From positions 1,632,001 through 1,696,000 of the forward strand of contig CBDCWI010000002.1 in NCBI GenBank assembly GCA_965223325.1: a stretch of 64,000 nt of DNA, given 5' to 3'. A model generated the notes under the pieces. That model saw nothing but the letters and a program-made list of their open reading frames with translations. It ran no database searches and had not been told where the DNA came from. Below are positions 1-9,677 of this stretch, in pieces (within the stretch, counting starts at the first letter, position 1; the number at the start of each line of letters is the position of its first letter). Source of the stretch: Candidatus Multivoradales bacterium. GTDB taxonomy: Bacteria > Acidobacteriota > Thermoanaerobaculia > Multivoradales > Multivoraceae. A program made the position numbers and the translations under genes.

Positions 1-71
1 CGCGCCGTGGCTTCCCCGATTCCGCGAGACGCCCCCGTGATCAGGGCAGTTCTTCCTTCGAGTCGAAACAC
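1..71 (-). CDS. fabG: 3-oxoacyl-ACP reductase FabG, N-terminus only (runs off window start)
   Basis: Manual translation from GTG at 71 gives MFRLEGRTALITGASRGIGEATA (SDR TGxxxGxG motif). AAGGAG RBS upstream; follows fabD. Confidence 0.85.
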   Translation of the reverse strand, partial: MFRLEGRTALITGASRGIGEATA

Positions 72-107
72 CGCGAGTTCTCCTTCGTTGGCGATTCGGC
101 GAACCGT

Positions 108-1025
108 CTAAGACTGGGCCGGCAGGGACTGGGGATCGGTGATCGAAGTAGGACGCACTCCTTTGAGGATCCTCTTGACCATGCCGCTCAGTACCTTACC
201 GGGCCCAACCTCGACCCAGGCCTCGGCCCCGAGCTCTTCGGCACAACGAATCGAGTCGACCCAACGCACGGCACCGTCGATCTGACGCACCAGGGCGTCG
301 CGGGCCGCGTCACCGGTGGTGACCGCCCGCGCGTCGACATTGGTGATCACCGGTACCTCGGGGTCGCGAAAGGTCGTCTCCGCCAGGAGCGGCGCCATGA
401 CCTCGCGCGCCGGTGCCATCAACGAGCAATGAAACGGTGCCGAAACCGGCAGTTCGATGGCCCGTTTGGCGCCTGCCGCCAAGGCTCTCTCTGAGGCCCG
501 CGCGACCGCCGCTGTCTCGCCGGCGATCACGATCTGGCCGGGGGCATTGTCGTTGGCGATCTCACAGACCTCGTCACCGGCTGACTCGGCAACCACCAGC
601 TCGAGTTCGCCGCGCTCGAGCCCAATGATCGCAGCCATCGCACCGACGCCAACCGGCACCGCGGCCTGCATCGCCTCGCCGCGTCGACGCACCATCCGCA
701 ACGCGTCACCGAGTTCGAGAACCGAGGCTGCCACCAGCGCCGAATACTCACCCAGGCTGTGTCCCGCCACCAGGTCGGGGACGACGCCACGTTCGGCCAC
801 CACCCGCTGGATGGCCACCGAAGTCGCGAGGATCGCCGGCTGGGCGTTCGCGGTCAGCTGAAGTTCTTCTTCGGGACCCTCGAAGCACAGCTGCGAAAGC
901 GCAAAGCCGAGGGCATCGTCAGCCTCCTCGAAGACCGCGCGGGCGGTCGGGTACTCGAGCGCAAACGCATGTCCCATGCCCACCGCCTGCGAGCCCTGGC
1001 CGGGAAACAAGAAAGCCGTCTTCAT
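108..1025 (-). CDS. fabD: malonyl-CoA:ACP transacylase
   Basis: FLFPGQGSQ, AQPAIL, GHSLGEY catalytic motif and LPVSAPFH. Start moved to ATG of MKTAF. Confidence 0.97.
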   Translation of the reverse strand: MKTAFLFPGQGSQAVGMGHAFALEYPTARAVFEEADDALGFALSQLCFEGPEEELQLTANAQPAILATSVAIQRVVAERGVVPDLVAGHSLGEYSALVAASVLELGDALRMVRRRGEAMQAAVPVGVGAMAAIIGLERGELELVVAESAGDEVCEIANDNAPGQIVIAGETAAVARASERALAAGAKRAIELPVSAPFHCSLMAPAREVMAPLLAETTFRDPEVPVITNVDARAVTTGDAARDALVRQIDGAVRWVDSIRCAEELGAEAWVEVGPGKVLSGMVKRILKGVRPTSITDPQSLPAQS

Positions 1026-1063
1026 GATGCCCTCCGCACTGAGAGATCCTCTCGCAGATCGCG

Positions 1064-2122
1064 TCAACCGACCTCGGAAGCCGGAGGCTGATCCAGGCGC
1101 TCTCCATCAGCCGACTCCAGCCGATGGAGCCGTTCGAGTTGGTCGCTGATCTTGCGCGCCGTGTCGTGCTCACAGAACTCGACCGCCCGTCGGATCGCAT
1201 TCTTGATCGCATTCGCGTTCGAGCGCCCGTGAGCGATGAAGCAGCCGCCCTCGAGCCCGAGCAGTGGCGCACCGCCGTACTCGCTGTAGTCGAGCCGTTT
1301 CCGAAACGCCTTGACCGCCGGCATCGCGAGCAGCATGCCGACCTTGGCGACCGGGTAACGATCGAGCTCCTCTTTCAACATACCGGTCATCAACTCGGCC
1401 ATCGTCTCGGCACTCTTGAGCAGAACGTTGCCAACGAAACCGTCGCACACCATGACGTCGCAGGTTCCGCGGAAGATGTCACCGCCCTCGGCGTTACCGA
1501 TGAAGTTGAGCCCCGATGCCTCGATCAGCTCGAAGGTCTCGCGCGTTGAGTCGTTGCCCTTGCCTTCTTCCTCGCCGATCGAGAGCAGACCGAGGCGTGG
1601 CTCTTCGATACCGAACACCTCATGAGCGTAGAAGTGACCCATGACGGCAAACTGCCGCAATTGCTCCGGTTTGGCGTCGACGTTGGCACCGACGTCGACA
1701 ACCAGGGTTCGCCCGGTGACGTTGGGGAGCACCGCGCCAAGTGCCGGCCGATCGACACCCGGGCTGGTGCCGATCACCATCTTGGCCGCGATCATCACGG
1801 CGCCGGTGTTGCCGGCGCTCACGAACGCGCCGGCGCGACCTTCCCGAACCATCTGCGTGCCAATGCGGATCGACGAGCGGCGCTTCTTGCGAATTGGCGT
1901 GATCGCCGGCTCGTGCATTCCGACCACCTCGTCGGCGTGCTCGATCGCAAGACGCGCGCGCACATCGGCCGGCACCTGATCGCGATCGAGAACCGCCTCG
2001 ATGCGTTCACGCTGACCGACCAGGAGAACCTCGGTGCCATCGTCGCGCACGGCCTCCACAGCACCACGAACCGGGTCTTCCGGTGCGGAGTCGCCGCCCA
2101 TCGCGTCGAGCGCGATCAACAA
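1064..2122 (-). CDS. plsX: phosphate acyltransferase PlsX
   Basis: IALDAMGGD, SAGNTGA, DVGANVD, VCDGFVGN, YGGAPLLG and IAHGRS motifs; lies between rpmF and fabD. Confidence 0.97.
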   Translation of the reverse strand: MLIALDAMGGDSAPEDPVRGAVEAVRDDGTEVLLVGQRERIEAVLDRDQVPADVRARLAIEHADEVVGMHEPAITPIRKKRRSSIRIGTQMVREGRAGAFVSAGNTGAVMIAAKMVIGTSPGVDRPALGAVLPNVTGRTLVVDVGANVDAKPEQLRQFAVMGHFYAHEVFGIEEPRLGLLSIGEEEGKGNDSTRETFELIEASGLNFIGNAEGGDIFRGTCDVMVCDGFVGNVLLKSAETMAELMTGMLKEELDRYPVAKVGMLLAMPAVKAFRKRLDYSEYGGAPLLGLEGGCFIAHGRSNANAIKNAIRRAVEFCEHDTARKISDQLERLHRLESADGERLDQPPASEVG

Positions 2123-2198
2123 GGCTAGGCAGCCTCGTCAGAAAACAGTGGGATCGGCCTTCGACGAACGAAGATCGTGCCGCTCACGAGCAAACGGC

Positions 2199-2384
2199 TC
2201 AGAAACCGTCTTCGACCTGAACGACTTCACGACCCTTGAAGTGGCCGCACTGGCGGCAGGCGCGATGGGGCAGCTTGACCTCACCACAGTTGGTGCACAC
2301 CGAACTGGCTGGCTGGTCGATGGCGTCGTGGGCGCGCCGACGGTTGCGGCGGGCCTTGGAGTGGCGTCTCTTGGGATTTGGCAT
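2199..2384 (-). CDS. rpmF: 50S ribosomal protein L32 (zinc-ribbon form)
   Basis: MPNPKRRHSKARRNRRRAH...CTNCG..KLPHRACRQCGHFKG. Confidence 0.97.
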   Translation of the reverse strand: MPNPKRRHSKARRNRRRAHDAIDQPASSVCTNCGEVKLPHRACRQCGHFKGREVVQVEDGF

Positions 2385-2534
2385 CTCTTCTTTATCTCCT
2401 GAAGTTCTCGTTCGGCGCACCGAAACCGAGAGCCGTTCTGGATGGGGTCAAGTCCTATTCTGACTGGTATCGGCCCGGACTGCGAGCTTTCTCTCTTTTA
2501 GTGTCTTCGCGGGATGCTCTCGATCAGGCCTCGG

Positions 2535-3062
2535 TCAGGCCTCGGGCAGCTGATCGCGCAGACCCGCAAGTGCCGACCAACGAGGGTCAGACTCTTCCTC
2601 GCAGTCACAGCCTTCTCGCCGCGGTGTTCCACACGACGGGCAAAGCCCCTGACAGTCGTCACGACAGAGGGGTTTCATGGGGACATTGAGCATCATCTGC
2701 TGGTGCACCAGGGGATCCGTATCGATCGAGTCGCCCTCGAGTGCCACCACGTCGAGATCGTCGGCCTGAAGCTCGAGATCCTCGGGCAGGTCTGTTTCAG
2801 CTGTCTGCTCGACCGCGACCATGGTCACGCGATCCTCGACCGCAACGACGAAAGCCGCCAAGCAGCGGTCGCAGTGGAGCGTCTGTTCGTACTGGATGCC
2901 GCCATCGACCAGGAACCCAGGGCGCACGAAAGAAACCTGGCCGTCGCAGGCAACCGGACCGATGGCGGAGACGGCCGGATTGCCGAGAACCGCGGGCTCG
3001 ACGGCCAGCGTTTCTCGCCACGCCATCACGTCGTTGCGTATGTCTTCGAGGTGAAATCGCAT
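2535..3062 (-). CDS. yceD: YceD/DUF177 family protein
   Basis: CDRCL and PMKPLCRDDCQGLCPSCG...DPRWSAL motifs; conserved position upstream of rpmF. Confidence 0.92.
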   Translation of the reverse strand: MRFHLEDIRNDVMAWRETLAVEPAVLGNPAVSAIGPVACDGQVSFVRPGFLVDGGIQYEQTLHCDRCLAAFVVAVEDRVTMVAVEQTAETDLPEDLELQADDLDVVALEGDSIDTDPLVHQQMMLNVPMKPLCRDDCQGLCPSCGTPRREGCDCEEESDPRWSALAGLRDQLPEA

Positions 3063-3391
3063 GAATGATCTCTCGCGCCGGGCCTCAGAAAACCTGAGCC
3101 CTTCAAAGGGCGCACGGTGAGCTTCTGGGCACGGAGGCGTTTGGCGGCCCCTGTCGGTCTCGGAGGCGCTCGGCTGGGACAGGAGCCGTCGACTGTGCCT
3201 CGCTGCCGGGTGGGCATCGCCATGACAAGCGTCCGCTGGCATCTCCTCAGGAAGCATGCCGCGACCTTCGAGCGCCAGCGCCAGTCGGCCACGCCTTCAG
3301 ACTCGCCAGGAAGCGCGAATCCTAGGCGATCGCGCCCCTCCGGTCAACGCATCGATCACCCTCCACGAAGTGGCCTGCACCGCCTCGAGGC

Positions 3392-4768
3392 TCAATCGCC
3401 GGCAGTCGCCAGGAGGGCCTCGGCGGCCCCCATCTCGAGGCGCAGTTGACCGTCCGCCGAGACTTCGAGGTAGGCGATTTCCTGGTCGCTCCAGGGGCGC
3501 AGCACGGTTTCCCAGTCGCGCCAACGACGGCGCTCCCGCCGCGAGACCAGCGGCACCGCCGACAGGCCGTCGGCAATCGTCGCCGCCATTTCGGCCATCA
3601 GGTCGGGCCGCAGCCAGACCATGAGACCCACTTCGGGATTCCCTGCCAGCGCCTTCTCGAGCGCCAGCTCGATCTCCGGTAACAGCTGACGGGCCCGCGC
3701 GCGCGAGGCACGATCGAGTGCTACCAGCCGCCAGGAACCGACGCTCTCTTCGTCCAGATCGACACCGAGGGTGCGCGCCAGGCTCTCGGCGGGAAGCTCG
3801 AACCGGCGCTGGCTTCCCGCGGTGAGTGTCGCGGCGCTCGGAAGGCTCATGCGACCGGCCAGCACCTCGGTTTCGACGACCAGGAGCGCTCGCGCATCCG
3901 TAGTCGATGTCCCGCTGGCCTCGAGTGCCAGCAGGTAGTTGCCCTGCTCGAGGATGGTGCGCGCCTCTTTGGTTGCCGCACTGGCGGCTGATTCGCCGAG
4001 CGCTCCCCGGGGGAGAAGCTCAAAGGCCGCGAAACCGTGGACGCCGGCGGTGCGTAGGAGTTGATGCTCCCCGGCCGGCACCGGCCCCAGAGCACGCGCC
4101 AGGGCGAAGCGCAGGAGCGCCGGCGGTTCACCAGCTGCTCCCGACGGCGTCGGCCTCGCACGACGGCCGCCCTCCCCACCGCTGGGGCTCTCGAGAGTCC
4201 AGGTCAACCCGATCCAACGCACCTGCCCCGCTCGGCCATCGACTTCGACGTCGCCACCACGCAGCCAGGGATTGCCCGCCAGCCAACCCGCCACGCGACC
4301 GACGACTGCCATCGACGGATAGATGCGTGCAACGACCTCCAGGCGACTCTCAGCCTCCGCCGCGTCCGACCAGGCGATGGCGAGCTCGCGCGCCGGCGGA
4401 ACGCGGAAGGGGCCGAACCCGGGGAGCGACGGCGCCTCGGCATCGCCTTCACCGCCGAGACGCCACAGTGCGGCGACGAAGTCGTCGCCACCGGTGACCC
4501 GGGAGAGCCGCCCCAGGTTCTGATGCGGGTACGGAATCCACACCCGGTAGTCGAACGAATCGTCGTCCAGGACGGCTCGAACCAGCGGGGCCCGAGGAGT
4601 GGCCGAGCGCTCGCGTGGGCCGTACCAGTACGCCAGGTGAGCCAGACCGGCGAGGAGCAGCACGAGCACCACCAGGGCGGCCCGCCAACTCAGCCGGGAG
4701 CGTGACCCGTCGGTGACCGCCCGCGGCGATGAGTCCGCTCGCGACAGCTTTGCCTTGACCCGCTTCAT
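3392..4768 (-). CDS. hypothetical membrane-anchored protein
   Basis: 458-aa ORF with one N-terminal hydrophobic segment; divergent from the glycosyltransferase genes; no family recognised. Confidence 0.65.
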   Translation of the reverse strand: MKRVKAKLSRADSSPRAVTDGSRSRLSWRAALVVLVLLLAGLAHLAYWYGPRERSATPRAPLVRAVLDDDSFDYRVWIPYPHQNLGRLSRVTGGDDFVAALWRLGGEGDAEAPSLPGFGPFRVPPARELAIAWSDAAEAESRLEVVARIYPSMAVVGRVAGWLAGNPWLRGGDVEVDGRAGQVRWIGLTWTLESPSGGEGGRRARPTPSGAAGEPPALLRFALARALGPVPAGEHQLLRTAGVHGFAAFELLPRGALGESAASAATKEARTILEQGNYLLALEASGTSTTDARALLVVETEVLAGRMSLPSAATLTAGSQRRFELPAESLARTLGVDLDEESVGSWRLVALDRASRARARQLLPEIELALEKALAGNPEVGLMVWLRPDLMAEMAATIADGLSAVPLVSRRERRRWRDWETVLRPWSDQEIAYLEVSADGQLRLEMGAAEALLATAGD

Positions 4769-4836
4769 CGAGGTCGCAGTCTACGCGCGACGGCCGGTAC
4801 CGAGAGATCGCCAGTCCCGGTATCGTTAGCGTCCTC

Positions 4837-6039
4837 ATGAGTCACGCCATCGCCATCGACGCCCGCAAGCTACGGGACTTCGGAATCGGCACCTACATCC
4901 GTCACCTGCTGGTCGCCCTCGGCGAGATCGACGGTGAGAATCGCTACATCGTGATCACGGCGCGCGAGGAAGATCGCATTCGTTCGCTGCCTGAGAACTT
5001 CGACTTCCTGGTCGACCGCTCGCCGGGGTATTCGATTCGCGAGCTCGTGACCCTCTCCTGGCGACTCTTGCGAACCCGTGTCGATCTCTTCCACGCCACC
5101 CACTACGTGCTGCCAGCCCTGGTGCCGTGCAAATCGGTGGTGACGATTCACGACATCATTCACCTGCTCTACCCCGACTTCCTGCCCAACCGTCTCGCCT
5201 TCTACTACGCCCATCGCATGCTGCGTCGAGCCCTCGAGCGAAGCGATCGGGCGATCGTGGTCTCCCAGAACACCAAGATCGATCTGCTCGAGTACTTCGA
5301 CATCGACGGCAACAAGGTCGAGGTGGTCTACAACGGCGTTTCCGAGCGCTTTCGGGTTCCGACCGAGGATCGGGAGCTCGACGAACGACTCAAGCTGCTC
5401 GACCTGAAGCGTCCGTATCTGTTGTTCGTCGGCAACCCGTCGAAACCACACAAGAACCTCGACAGCGTCGTGCGCGCCTACGCCGAAGCCCGCGAAATTG
5501 CCGACTTCGATGCGCCGCTGGTGTGCGTGGGCGCCCGCGAGGGCTCCGACTTCAAGATCCAGCAACGGGCGCAGCAACTCGGCATCGGCGACCAGGTCCG
5601 CCTCGTCGGCCACGTCGCAGCCGAGGTGTTGCCGGCGATCTACCAGGGCGCGAGTCTCTTCCTCTACCCCACCCTGTACGAGGGCTTCGGGTTGCCGGTG
5701 GTCGAGGCCATGGCGTCAGGCGTGCCGGTGATCACCTCGAACACTTCGGCCCTCAAGGAGATCTCGGAGGGCTACGCCCATCTCGTCTCCCCCCTCGACG
5801 TCTCCGAGATCGCGCGTGCCATCGCCCACTGCATGACCGACTCGGAGCATCGTTCGTCGTTGGCCCGACTCGGCTTGCGGCGTGCGCGGGACTTCTCCTG
5901 GGAGCGCACCGCCCGCCGCACTCTCGACGTCTACATGGCAGCGCTCGGAGAACCACCGGCGACGGACCCGAGCGTCTACGAGAACACCGGTGAGATGCAA
6001 CTCTTCGACGGCGTTGACAGCGGCGACCGAACGTCTTGA
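4837..6039 (+). CDS. GT4 family glycosyltransferase
   Basis: IAIDAR...GIGTY, VVTIHD, YEGFGLPVVEAMASGVPVITSN and FSWERTA. Confidence 0.95.
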   Translation: MSHAIAIDARKLRDFGIGTYIRHLLVALGEIDGENRYIVITAREEDRIRSLPENFDFLVDRSPGYSIRELVTLSWRLLRTRVDLFHATHYVLPALVPCKSVVTIHDIIHLLYPDFLPNRLAFYYAHRMLRRALERSDRAIVVSQNTKIDLLEYFDIDGNKVEVVYNGVSERFRVPTEDRELDERLKLLDLKRPYLLFVGNPSKPHKNLDSVVRAYAEAREIADFDAPLVCVGAREGSDFKIQQRAQQLGIGDQVRLVGHVAAEVLPAIYQGASLFLYPTLYEGFGLPVVEAMASGVPVITSNTSALKEISEGYAHLVSPLDVSEIARAIAHCMTDSEHRSSLARLGLRRARDFSWERTARRTLDVYMAALGEPPATDPSVYENTGEMQLFDGVDSGDRTS

Positions 6040-6075
6040 AGTCGAGCCAGAAGCGACACCGACCTGGAACCTGAG

Positions 6076-7221
6076 GTGAAAAGCGACAACCACGCGGCGC
6101 AGAAGCCGGCGCTGGTCCACGACTGGTTGACCGGTATGCGGGGTGGCGAAAAGGTGCTGCTCGAATTGGCGCGTATGTACCCGGAAGCGCCGATCTACAG
6201 CCTCTTCCATTTGCCCGGCTCGCTGTCGGAGGAGCTCGAGAGCCGGGAGATCGAAACCACCTGGCTCAACCATCTGCCGGCACTCGGTCGCTACTACCGC
6301 TACGCCCTGCCGCTTTTTCCGCGTGCCATCGAGAGCCTCGATCTCAGCGAACACGATCTCGTCATCAGCACCAGTCATTGTGTGGCCAAGGCTGTACCGA
6401 CCTCGCCCGGGGCGGTGCACGTCAGCTACTGCCACACCCCGGTGCGCTACGCCTGGGATCAGGAAGCTGCCTACTTCGGCACCAGCCACACACCCTGGGC
6501 GCGCGCCCGCGCCGCCTTCTTCGAGCGCCTGCGCCTGTGGGACACAGCGACCAGCGTGCGCGCCGATCGATTTGTCGCCAACTCGTCGTTCGTGGCCGAA
6601 CGCATCCGGCGCTACTGGGGTCGAGACGCCAGGGTCGTCGCCCCACCGGTCGACACCGAGTTCTTCACCCCGGGTCCGGACGATGAGCCGCCCCGCCGCG
6701 ACTACTGCCTGAGCGTCGCCGCTCTGGCTCCCTACAAGTTGGTCGGTGACGGGATTGAAGCCTGTGCCCGACTGGGAATGCGCATCCTGGTGGTTGGCGA
6801 TGGACCCGAACGGCAAAAGCTCGAGGGGCGCGCCGGCTCGCATGTCGAATGGCTGGGACGGGTCGACGACGAAACCCTGCGCACGCTCTACCGGGGCGCT
6901 CTCTGTCTGTTGCAGCCCGGTGTCGAAGACTTCGGCATCTCGTCGGTCGAGGCGCTGGCCTGCGGTACGCCGGTGGTCGCCCGCGGCGCCGGCGGCATCC
7001 TGGACATCGTCGAGGACCGCGAGCACGGCGTCCTGTTCGACGGCGACGCTAGCGATGGCCCGGCGGCCACCGCCGCCGCGATCGAGACCTGTCGCAGGCT
7101 GCAGTTCAACTCGTTGGATCTCTGCCGGCGGGCAGAGCGCTTCTCGCAGCAGAACTTCCGCCGCTCGATGGCCCAGTGCATCGAAGAGGCGACGACCGCG
7201 GTTCGCCGCCAGCAGGGCTAG
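6076..7221 (+). CDS. GT4 family glycosyltransferase (mannosyltransferase-like)
   Basis: LVHDWLTGMRGGEKVL, YCHTPVRYAW and EDFGISSVEALACGTPVV. Confidence 0.93.
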   Translation: MKSDNHAAQKPALVHDWLTGMRGGEKVLLELARMYPEAPIYSLFHLPGSLSEELESREIETTWLNHLPALGRYYRYALPLFPRAIESLDLSEHDLVISTSHCVAKAVPTSPGAVHVSYCHTPVRYAWDQEAAYFGTSHTPWARARAAFFERLRLWDTATSVRADRFVANSSFVAERIRRYWGRDARVVAPPVDTEFFTPGPDDEPPRRDYCLSVAALAPYKLVGDGIEACARLGMRILVVGDGPERQKLEGRAGSHVEWLGRVDDETLRTLYRGALCLLQPGVEDFGISSVEALACGTPVVARGAGGILDIVEDREHGVLFDGDASDGPAATAAAIETCRRLQFNSLDLCRRAERFSQQNFRRSMAQCIEEATTAVRRQQG

Positions 7222-7288
7222 CGGGCCGCCATTTCCTCCAGAAATTTGATTCAACCGGTGGACAGACGGCCCCGATCGGCACAGAATA

Positions 7289-7402
7289 TGGGGAACCGAC
7301 ATCCGCCAGGCGGGTGAGTCACCGGCAGGGAGGCACCCCTGGGCACCACTTGGGGGCCGTGCCGGTGTAGGTTGCAGAAGGTCTACTTCGAACTCGAATC
7401 CA
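7289..7402 (+). ncRNA. candidate cis-regulatory RNA resembling the central part of the ydaO/yuaA (c-di-AMP) riboswitch
   Basis: Ordered motifs GGGGAACC..GGGTGAGTC-[stem CACCGGCA/TGCCGGTG]-TAGG-[stem]-CTCGAATCC, compared with ydaO GGGGGACC..GGGUGAAUC..GUAGG..CCCGAAUCC recalled from memory. The flanking P1/P2 and CAGCUAAC parts are not seen. Confidence 0.45.
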
Positions 7403-7440
7403 AGGGACACCGCCTCTAGAGGGCGTACCTTTCTTTTCTT
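7403..7440 (+). terminator. intrinsic terminator/attenuator-like hairpin
   Basis: CGCCTC-TA-GAGGGCG-type hairpin (extendable by AAGG/CCTT) followed by TTTCTTTTCTT, about 35 nt before the next start codon. Confidence 0.55.
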
Positions 7441-7474
7441 CGGGGACCGGCTCAGGGAGCGCGGCCGGCAGGGG

Positions 7475-8911
7475 ATGGAGGAGATTGGCTTGATCGATCA
7501 GCGACACCGGCGCACGGCCGTGCTCTACCTGGCGAACGACCTCGCCATGGTGGTCGCCGCCTTCCTCGCCGCCTGGTATCTGCGCTTCGAGTTGCAGTAC
7601 GTGCCCATCGAAGGAGACGTGCCAGCGTTTTCTCCCTACACCCGTCTGTTGCCCGTGATGCTCCTGGTCTGGCCGACGGTCTTCTACTTTCACGGTCTCT
7701 ACCAACCGCGCCGACTGCTCAGTCGAGTCGACGAGACGGTCGCTCTCACCATCGCGGTCCTCCTCGGCACAACCTTCCTGGTCGCAGGCACCGCGCTCTA
7801 TCGACCAGAAGTCGCAGGGACGCCGTTTACCTTCAGTCGCGTCTTCCTGGGGACCTTCTTCGCCACCAACCTGGTGATGACTGCGACCGGGCGCTTCATG
7901 TTGCGCTCCCTCTTGCGCTGGGTGCGCGTCCGCGGTCACAACATCCAGCGCATCCTGGTCGTCGGTGCCGGCAAGCTCGGCAAAGAGATCACCCAGAAAC
8001 TCCTCGGCCATCGAGAGCTGGGCCTCGAAGTGGTCGGGTTTCTCGACGATGATCTGGGCAAGGCCAAGGGTGAGTACTTCGGAGTGCCGGTGATCGGAAC
8101 GCTCGACGACGTCTCGGGCGTGATCGAACGGCAGAGAATCGACCAGGTGATGATCGCGCTCCCCCTCGATGCCTGGAAGAAGACCCAGCGGGTCCTCGAA
8201 CAGGCTGGCAACGAGTGTGTCGACGTCAAGGTCGTGCCGGACGTGTTTCAGTACGCCACCCTGCGCGCCTCGCTCGAAGAACTCGACGGCACCCCGGTCA
8301 TCAACCTCTCCCAGGTTCCGCTGCAGGGCTTTCGCGGCCTGGCCAAGCGCGGCATCGACGTCGCGCTGTCGGGCGTTCTGATGCTTCTCCTTCTGCCCCT
8401 CCTGCCCTTCGTAGCGGCGCTGATCTGGCTCGAAGATCACGGCCCCGTGTTCTACCGCCAGGAACGCATGGGCCTCGACGGTAGGCCTTTCATGATGCTC
8501 AAGCTGCGCTCGATGCGGGTCAACGCCGAGTCGACCACCGGGCCGGTATGGGCAGTTCGCGACGATCCGCGCCGCACACGATTCGGCGCCTTCCTACGTC
8601 GCACCTCGCTCGATGAGCTCCCGCAGCTCTGGAACGTCTTCCTGGGCGAGATGTCGCTCGTCGGGCCACGCCCCGAGCGCCCGACGTTCGTCTCCGAGTT
8701 CCGCCAGGAGATTCCGAATTACATGGTCCGCCATCGCGTCAAAGCCGGCATCACCGGCTGGGCGCAGGTGCATGGCTGGCGTGGCAACACGTCGATCAAG
8801 AAGCGCCTGCAGTACGACCTCTACTACATCCAGAACTGGACCCTGGGGCTCGACCTGAAGATCATGTGGATGACTCTGCGCCACGCGATGCAGCATCGCA
8901 ACGCGTACTAG
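7475..8911 (+). CDS. undecaprenyl-phosphate glucose phosphotransferase (WcaJ-like priming glycosyltransferase)
   Basis: Four N-terminal TM helices, a Rossmann-like ILVVGAG domain, then KRGIDV, KLRSM, DPRRT, SLDELPQLWNV, MSLVGPRPE, KAGITGWAQV and DLYYI. Confidence 0.95.
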   Translation: MEEIGLIDQRHRRTAVLYLANDLAMVVAAFLAAWYLRFELQYVPIEGDVPAFSPYTRLLPVMLLVWPTVFYFHGLYQPRRLLSRVDETVALTIAVLLGTTFLVAGTALYRPEVAGTPFTFSRVFLGTFFATNLVMTATGRFMLRSLLRWVRVRGHNIQRILVVGAGKLGKEITQKLLGHRELGLEVVGFLDDDLGKAKGEYFGVPVIGTLDDVSGVIERQRIDQVMIALPLDAWKKTQRVLEQAGNECVDVKVVPDVFQYATLRASLEELDGTPVINLSQVPLQGFRGLAKRGIDVALSGVLMLLLLPLLPFVAALIWLEDHGPVFYRQERMGLDGRPFMMLKLRSMRVNAESTTGPVWAVRDDPRRTRFGAFLRRTSLDELPQLWNVFLGEMSLVGPRPERPTFVSEFRQEIPNYMVRHRVKAGITGWAQVHGWRGNTSIKKRLQYDLYYIQNWTLGLDLKIMWMTLRHAMQHRNAY

Positions 8912-9633
8912 TTTTGTGCGTGGTTTTGCGGCTTTTGGGTCGCGGGTGGAGGGTGCTCGCGCGATGCTGAGCGGGGATCGATCTCGACAAGCGTCGCGTC
9001 GTTACCACGCACAAAACTAGTGTCACCCCGCCAAGCGCAGCAAGCTGCGCGGCTCGGCTCGGAGCTTTGCTCCGAGCGCCGATGACGGAGCGACAGCTGA
9101 AAAATCGCAACGCGGACTAGTTCTGTGCGTGGTTTTGCGGCTTTTGGGTCGCGGGTGGAGGGTGCTCGCGCGATGCTGAGCGGGGATCGATCTCGACAAG
9201 CGTCGCGTCGTTACCACCCACAAAACTAGTGTCACCCCGCCAAGCGCAGCAAGCTGCGCGGCTCGGCTCGGAGCTTTGCTCCGAGCACCGATGCGGAGCG
9301 ACAGGTGGAAAGATCGCAACGCGGACTAGTTCTGTGCGTGGTTTTGCGGCTTTTGGGTCGCGGGTGGAGGGTGCTCGCGCGATGCTGAGCGGGGATCGAT
9401 CTCGACAAGCGTCGCGTCGTTACCACCCACAAAACTAGTGTCACCCCGCCAAGCGCAGCAAGCTGCGCGGCTCGGCTCGGAACTTCGTTCCGAGCACCCA
9501 TTGTGGGGCGACAGGCGAATATCGGAGCGCGGAGGACCTCTTGCCTGTTCTTTCTCAACCCACCTGCTAACCCAGTTCGCTCTTGGGTGACTGCTCCTTC
9601 TGTCACCCCGCCTGATGCAGCAAGCTGCGCGGC
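8907..9633 (+). repeat. tandem array of 3 x 209-bp palindromic intergenic elements plus a partial copy (CTAG-hairpin family, locus 1)
   Basis: ACTAG at 8907, 9116 and 9325 (period 209). Unit 1 has a perfect 18-bp inverted repeat at 8907-8924/9004-9021. A partial TGTCACCCCGCC..GCAGCAAGCTGCGC copy lies at 9601-9633. Confidence 0.95.
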
Positions 9634-9677
9634 GCTTGATGTAGCCTCTTGGTACTCCCGATGAGAAGCCGAGATCT

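Noticed and set aside
5716-8440. Long antisense ORFs (5716-7410, 7319-8440) and similar shadow ORFs across the window
   Set aside because: They overlap well-supported genes on the opposite strand and are typical of high-GC codon bias.
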